A stretch of DNA of 52,904 nucleotides, taken from positions 1 through 52,904 of the IMG/VR virus record IMGVR_UViG_3300013123_000008. One strand, written 5' to 3'. Source of the stretch: a virus. Its lineage: Duplodnaviria; Caudoviricetes. Position 1 is the stretch's first letter. Each line of letters begins with the position of its first letter. The position numbers and the translations under genes were made by a program. The notes under the pieces were generated by a model that ran no database searches, was not told where the DNA came from, and saw nothing but the letters and a program-made list of their open reading frames with translations. Positions 49,182 to 52,904 of this stretch are shown here, piece by piece.

Positions 49182-49254
49182 GTATAAGATAGCATAATGG
49201 AAATGCGCTGGATGTTTCGTCCGGAGTATATGGGTTCGATTCCCATCTTATACT
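49182..49254 (+). tRNA. Atypical 8/4 tRNA-like gene, anticodon loop TGTTTCG (nominal TTT)
   Basis: gtataaga/tcttatac, gcat/atgc D stem, ctgga/tccgg, tggg-TTCGATT-ccca. Confidence 0.6.
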
Positions 49255-49262
49255 CAATATTT

Positions 49263-49331
49263 GCTAGTGACTTAGAGTAAGACGACCATTTATAAAATGG
49301 AAAGTAGGAGGTTAGAATCCTTCCATTAGTA
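49263..49331 (+). tRNA. Atypical tRNA-like gene with ATA anticodon and reduced D arm
   Basis: gctagtg/cattagt, ccat-TTATAAA-atgg, ggagg-TTAGAAT-ccttc. Confidence 0.5.
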
Positions 49332-49337
49332 AATCAT

Positions 49338-49414
49338 GTGTCAATGATTGCAATTTGGTAGACATCTGGTCCTTAGAAGACCGGTTTTTGAGAGTTCGAG
49401 CCTCTCTTGACACA
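49338..49414 (+). tRNA. tRNA-Leu(TAG) with short variable loop
   Basis: gtgtcaa/ttgacac, tggtc-CTTAGAA-gaccg, gagag-TTCGAGC-ctctc, A73. Confidence 0.85.
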
Positions 49415-49544
49415 CAAAATAAAACATGTAAAACATGATAAAATATAATTTTATAATATGACGAAACATATGAATGTAATTCATTAATTGATAAATATAA
49501 TTTATATATTAGAATGAAATACAATTTGTATTTTAAAACTTAGT

Positions 49545-49619
49545 GGTCTTATATCCCAATTGGTAGAGGAGGCGGTTTAAGAAATCGTTAAAGTCTTAGT
49601 TCGAATCTGAGTAGGACTA
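49545..49619 (+). tRNA. tRNA-Leu(AAG) with short variable loop
   Basis: ggtctta/taggact, gcggt-TTAAGAA-atcgt, cttag-TTCGAAT-ctgag, A73. Confidence 0.75.
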
Positions 49620-49634
49620 CTGAAAAATTTATAT

Positions 49635-49709
49635 GTGCCTCTGTTGCTGGTCTGGAGACAGCTTCTGGTTGAAGCCCAGAGGAGTTCGGTTCAATCCCGA
49701 AGGGGCGCA
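49635..49709 (+). tRNA. tRNA-Phe(GAA) with extended D arm
   Basis: gtgcctc/ggggcgc, tctgg-TTGAAGC-ccaga, ttcgg-TTCAATC-ccgaa. Confidence 0.75.
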
Positions 49710-49714
49710 CATAT

Positions 49715-49787
49715 TGACTAATAGTTTAATTGGTAAAATACTCGGTTGTTACCCGAGAGAGTTCTGGTTCGAAGCCGGATTAGTCAG
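49715..49787 (+). tRNA. tRNA-Asn(GTT)
   Basis: tgactaa/ttagtca, ctcgg-TTGTTAC-ccgag, G73. Confidence 0.9.
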
Positions 49788-49822
49788 CACTGGATTATTT
49801 AGTTAATCCATTATATTTATAA

Positions 49823-49898
49823 GTACAGTGTGCTCTTCTGGTGATGGGGTCGGTCTGCAAAACCGATTAAATTAGGAGTTCGATTCTCCCACTGTACT
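49823..49898 (+). tRNA. tRNA-Cys(GCA), 8/4 fold
   Basis: gtacagtg/cactgtac, tcggt-CTGCAAA-accga, ggag-TTCGATT-ctcc, U73. Confidence 0.85.
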
Positions 49899-49971
49899 CA
49901 ACCTAAATATGAAATAAATGAATATGTTGGTTAAATTTTTAAAAAACTATTTAGTATTTAATGATATTAAT

Positions 49972-50045
49972 GCGGGTGTAGTATAACGGTTTTATTATAG
50001 GTGGCTTCCAACCATTAGATCCGAGTTCGACTCTCGGTATCCGCT
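49972..50045 (+). tRNA. tRNA-Gly(TCC)
   Basis: gcgggtg/tatccgc, ggtgg-CTTCCAA-ccatt, U73. Confidence 0.9.
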
Positions 50046-50051
50046 CTTTAT

Positions 50052-50127
50052 GCAGATGTAGTATAACGGTTTATTATGTGACATTGCCAATGTTAAGATC
50101 CGAGTTCGATTCTCGGTATTTGCACCA
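50052..50127 (+). tRNA. tRNA-Gly(GCC), CCA encoded
   Basis: gcagatg/tatttgc, tgaca-TTGCCAA-tgtta; D and T arms nearly identical to Gly(TCC). Confidence 0.88.
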
Positions 50128-50167
50128 CGATTTTAATTGTTACTAAATATATTACAAAATGAAATTT

Positions 50168-50244
50168 GGTCTATGGGACTGTTTGGGATGGTCGTCTCCT
50201 TGTCACGGAGTACAAACAGAGGGGTTCGAATCCCCTATAGACCG
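50168..50244 (+). tRNA. tRNA-Asp(GTC)
   Basis: ggtctat/atagacc, ctcc-TTGTCAC-ggag, agggg-TTCGAAT-cccct, G73. Confidence 0.88.
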
Positions 50245-50318
50245 CATGGATGACAATAACAGACAACGATAACACAACGTGACAATAGCATGTGACGATA
50301 ATCCAGTATTTATAATAT

Positions 50319-50395
50319 GGGACATGGGACTGCATAGGGGTGGTCGTCGCACTTGCAATGCGAATACCAGGCCGGATCGTTACCGACATGTTCCA
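50319..50395 (+). tRNA. tRNA-Ala(TGC)
   Basis: gggacat/atgttcc with G3-U70, tcgca-CTTGCAA-tgcga, atypical T loop ATCGTTA. Confidence 0.85.
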
Positions 50396-50473
50396 CTTAG
50401 GAAATATAAGTTCAAATCTTATTATGATGAATATATTCATCTGTCGTCTAATTGGTTAGGACACCTGACGTTT
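50396..50473 (+). ncRNA. Circularly permuted tRNA-like gene (3' half precedes 5' half) or YrlA-like tRNA mimic
   Basis: ttagg-aaat-ataag TTCAAAT cttat-tatgatga, linker atatat, tcatctg-tc-gtct aattggtta ggac-a-cctga; halves pair in both acceptor and anticodon stems. Confidence 0.6.
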
Positions 50474-50543
50474 ATTAGTAACATGAAATTTAAGTTATTA
50501 TTTAAATGTTGCGTAAGTTGAAAGTATCATATTAATAATTTAT

Positions 50544-50942
50544 GGGGATGAAAAGGTATCGATTAGTATTGTTAAGTATATGAGTGCAAATGGACATGAT
50601 GAAGTCCTAAAATTGATCAACAAAATAAGTGCAGAAAAATCAAATACATTCGTTACACCAACTGGAGAACTAGTTCGTGAATATGAATACGCCTTAGCAG
50701 CTTAATAAGCTCTAAGTCATTTCAAAGTGGATTCTCAATTAAATTTTGAAGTGTAACTATTTGAGATTAGCTGAGATTAGAAAATTATTACAGCGAATAT
50801 AAAAAATAAATTTATCTGTTTATAAGTATCGGAATTAAACTTATCGTTTTTGATAAATAATTCGTAATAAAATTTATCTATATTTGTAAATGACTTATAT
50901 ATTTTTAATGTTAAGACGTGGGTTCGACTCCCACCATCTCCA
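50544..50942 (+). ncRNA. ssrA: tmRNA
   Basis: GGGGATG...GGTATCGA 5' end; GACGTGGGTTCGACTCCCACCATCTCCA 3' end with G3-U70; tag frame 50631-50705 AEKSNTFVTPTGELVREYEYALAA*. Confidence 0.93.
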
Positions 50943-50947
50943 CACAT

Positions 50948-51020
50948 GCTACTGTCGTCTAATGGTTTAAGGCACTTGACTGATACTCAGGATACGAAAG
51001 TTCAATTCTTTCCAGTAGTA
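50948..51020 (+). tRNA. tRNA-Ile(GAT)
   Basis: gctactg/cagtagt, cttga-CTGATAC-tcagg. Confidence 0.88.
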
Positions 51021-51090
51021 CACAATTTTGAAGTAGTGCGATATTATGATCCGTCTCAGTACATTCCAAGTAACTACTTCAATTTTATTT

Positions 51091-51163
51091 ATTTCTATAG
51101 TTCAATGGTTTAGAACTCTGGTGTTACATATCGGTAATATTTGTTCAAGTCAAATTGGGAGTA
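51091..51163 (+). tRNA. tRNA-Val(TAC), weak acceptor stem
   Basis: atttcta/tgggagt (3 G-U pairs), ctggt-GTTACAT-atcgg, atttg-TTCAAGT-caaat. Confidence 0.7.
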
Positions 51164-51233
51164 CTAGATTAAACGTTAAGAAGGTTAGATTTCTACTAAT
51201 AAAATGGACTAATTATTTTAACATTTAATTTAT

Positions 51234-51307
51234 GCATCTGTAGCAAAACTGGATAATGCAACTGCCTTTTGAGCAGTTTGGTCCGAGTTCGAATCTCGGC
51301 AGATGCA
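51234..51307 (+). tRNA. tRNA-Lys(TTT) with G37
   Basis: gcatctg/cagatgc, actgc-CTTTTGA-gcagt, A73. Confidence 0.85.
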
Positions 51308-51321
51308 CATTTAATTTATTC

Positions 51322-51406
51322 GGAAAGTTTAAGGATAATGGTAATCCCCTGGTCTTGAAAACCAGTTAGCCACAAGGTTATGAGAGTTCGACCCCCTCAC
51401 TTTCCG
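51322..51406 (+). tRNA. tRNA-Ser(TGA)
   Basis: ggaaagt/actttcc, ctggt-CTTGAAA-accag, long variable arm, G73. Confidence 0.9.
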
Positions 51407-51410
51407 CTCT

Positions 51411-51514
51411 ATAATTCTTGATGAAGAGCCAAAATTCAACCAGTAATCATTTGACAGTAATGATATACTAGATGTAGGTTAAATGAAAAGATGGTGAATG
51501 TGATACAGAATTAT
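51411..51514 (+). ncRNA. Unassigned rod-like structured RNA candidate
   Basis: Nested stems ataattct/agaattat, attcaacca/tggtgaat, tcatttgac/gttaaatga. Confidence 0.4.
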
Positions 51515-51519
51515 TTTAT

Positions 51520-51609
51520 GGGGATTGTTGCAATAATTTATGATGGTTTAACGTTACTGTTTTAATATTATTTTCCTGAATATTTGAGGCAACATATAAG
51601 GTATCCCCA
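51520..51609 (+). ncRNA. Unassigned structured RNA candidate
   Basis: ggggat/atcccc terminal stem followed by ACC; tgttgc/gcaaca inner stem. Confidence 0.4.
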
Positions 51610-51623
51610 CCCTTTGAAAAGTA

Positions 51624-51708
51624 GGTAGATATCCGAGTGGTTAGGAAGCTGTTTGCTAAACAGTAAGCTTGTAAGGGCTGACAAGTTCGAATCTTGTATC
51701 TACCGCCA
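51624..51708 (+). tRNA. tRNA-Ser(GCT), CCA encoded
   Basis: ggtagat/atctacc, gctgt-TTGCTAA-acagt, long variable arm, GCCA end. Confidence 0.9.
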
Positions 51709-51745
51709 TAACAGATAACAAATAATTGTAAATATTGAATTTTAT

Positions 51746-51816
51746 GGTGATGACAGCTGAGGTAGCGGATTCGTTTCATATGCGAATTATAATTGGTTCA
51801 ATTCCAATCATCACCA
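51746..51816 (+). tRNA. tRNA-Met/Ile2(CAT), small D arm
   Basis: ggtgatg/catcacc, ttcgt-TTCATAT-gcgaa, attgg-TTCAATT-ccaat. Confidence 0.75.
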
Positions 51817-51820
51817 CAAT

Positions 51821-51892
51821 ATTCCTATAGTGTAATGGATAACATGTTAGTTTCCTAAACTGACGATAAGAGTTCAATTCTCTTTAGGAATA
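51821..51892 (+). tRNA. tRNA-Arg(CCT)
   Basis: attccta/taggaat, ttagt-TTCCTAA-actga. Confidence 0.9.
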
Positions 51893-51901
51893 CAATAATA
51901 T

Positions 51902-51973
51902 GCTGTCGTAGTGTAGTGGATGCACAAGATCCTTCTAAGGTCTTTAGTGAGGGTTCGAATCCTTCCGACAGTA
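51902..51973 (+). tRNA. tRNA-Arg(TCT)
   Basis: gctgtcg/cgacagt, agatc-CTTCTAA-ggtct. Confidence 0.92.
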
Positions 51974-51976
51974 CAA

Positions 51977-52060
51977 TAGAAAATCAGTAGGGAAGTCTGT
52001 AACACCGGTCCTTTCAAAGTCGCAGTAAACTTGCAGATAACTGACGGTGCTGATTTTCTA
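51977..52060 (+). ncRNA. Unassigned long-hairpin RNA (loosely SRP 4.5S-like)
   Basis: 13-bp tagaaaatcagta/tgctgattttcta plus tctgtaa/ttgcaga; GC-rich interior. Confidence 0.5.
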
Positions 52061-52067
52061 ATTTGTT

Positions 52068-52139
52068 GGATATGTAACTTAATGGTAGAGAATCTGTCTC
52101 TTAAACAGAACGGTTTGGGTTCGAGTCCCAACATATCCA
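52068..52139 (+). tRNA. tRNA-Lys(CTT)
   Basis: ggatatg/catatcc, tctgt-CTCTTAA-acaga. Confidence 0.92.
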
Positions 52140-52157
52140 CTTAAATATTTTTATAAA

Positions 52158-52191
52158 CTATGTACACTTAAAGATATTTGTTTTATATTTA
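52158..52191 (+). promoter_or_regulatory. Bipartite promoter CTATGTA-N19-TATATTTA before tRNA-Glu
   Basis: Repeated motif, fixed spacing. Confidence 0.65.
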
Positions 52192-52211
52192 TAATAATAA
52201 AAAATAAAATT

Positions 52212-52284
52212 GTTCTCGTCTTATAAGAGGTTAGTAAATCGGACTTTCAATCCGACAATACGGGTTCGATTCCCGTCGAGAGCA
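52212..52284 (+). tRNA. tRNA-Glu(TTC)
   Basis: gttctcg/cgagagc, tcgga-CTTTCAA-tccga, acggg-TTCGATT-cccgt. Confidence 0.9.
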
Positions 52285-52465
52285 CTACACGCGACAATTC
52301 TGTGTTAATATATAGTGTCTGCTTTGTACAAATAAGAGATCATCAGCATATATAATAATTTCAGATAGTCGCATCTATTAGATAATGAGATAACAATAGT
52401 GACAGTTCGAGAGTTTTATAGGCTTTATTAAGTTGGTTTTATTTTATCATCAATTACAATTAAAT

Positions 52466-52552
52466 TGCGGGTTCCCATTAGAGGTCTAGATGGCGGGGCT
52501 CATAACCCTAGGGATCAAAAGTCCGTCGGAGGTTCGAATCCTTCACCCGCTA
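52466..52552 (+). tRNA. Initiator-type tRNA-fMet(CAT) with long variable arm
   Basis: U1:U72 mismatch, GGG/CCC in the anticodon stem, CTCATAA loop, variable region gggatcaaaagtccgtc. Confidence 0.8.
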
Positions 52553-52663
52553 CTAAAAGTCCTAATATATTTCGTATAACGAAAAATATAAAGGATATAA
52601 TAGAAACGAAAACATAGTAACATATAATTGGCTATGGCATTTAATAAAAGTAAAAAGGTTAAT

Positions 52664-52904
52664 ATGAATACACATTGGTTAGATAGAAATAATTTATTTG
52701 GATATTCAATAGGTGATATAGTTTGGTCATTTATTTTAATATTGTTTTTATTTATAACAACATATAAAGTAGGTGAAATGATGTTTGCCGACAAATATGT
52801 TAAACAATATTATCTAAGTGGTGGCGAGTCAGGTAATTGGACAATTAAAGTAGATATTGAAAATTGTGCCGATGACATTATTAAAATTAGTGGAATGACA
52901 TATG
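52664..52904 (+). CDS. Partial membrane protein running off the window end
   Basis: AAGGT then ATG 52664; open frame with hydrophobic IVWSFILILFLFI. Confidence 0.6.
   Translation, partial: MNTHWLDRNNLFGYSIGDIVWSFILILFLFITTYKVGEMMFADKYVKQYYLSGGESGNWTIKVDIENCADDIIKISGMTY

Noticed and set aside
50251-50302. Degenerate gacaataac/gacgataat repeats between tRNA-Asp and tRNA-Ala
   Set aside because: Short, irregular and without spacers; not a CRISPR array, most likely a slippage-derived spacer
51418-51506. TGATGA and GTGA as hammerhead core or C/D-box motifs
   Set aside because: The hammerhead CUGAUGA/GAAA geometry is absent and C/D guides are not expected in a bacteriophage; likely chance
49312-52794. 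ORFs called within the RNA array (49312-49524, 50171-50440, 50279-50521, 51046-51228, 51516-51779, 51874-52140, 52543-52794)
   Set aside because: They overlap tRNA genes or the + strand partial CDS and have no protein-like features
1-52904. Stop-codon reassignment as in some large phages
   Set aside because: Core genes are full length in code 11, TAA, TAG and TGA all end genes, and no CTA or TCA suppressor tRNA was seen

Overview
Very AT-rich, almost entirely + strand segment of a large T4-like (jumbo-type) tailed phage genome in the standard genetic code. In order: (1) T4-like replication/recombination module (gp32-like SSB, UvsX/RecA, RNase H-like flap nuclease, DnaB-type helicase, amidase, class II RNR, DinG-like helicase, family B polymerase, clamp, clamp loaders) with a Tad1-like anti-defence sponge and a macrodomain; (2) a candidate DNA hypermodification operon (dUTPase, dNMP kinase, T4 beta-glucosyltransferase homologue, GmhA-like isomerase, CofD/YvcK-HAD fusion, NTP transferase, Asp-type thymidylate synthase homologue, dCMP deaminase, Nmad1/DUF1599); (3) about 13 kb of glycosyltransferase, methyltransferase and sugar enzyme genes; (4) RNA ligase, PNKP, Dam-like methylase and phosphoesterase; (5) a roughly 4 kb RNA array with about 21 tRNAs (several non-canonical), a tmRNA, an apparently circularly permuted tRNA-like gene, a mini tmRNA-like RNA and several unexplained structured RNAs. 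Promoter and boxA motifs suggest an FCB/Bacteroidota-type host (inference). All calls come from reading motifs by eye and from recalled family knowledge; no searches were run. Several single-base frameshifts suggest possible indel errors in the sequence.
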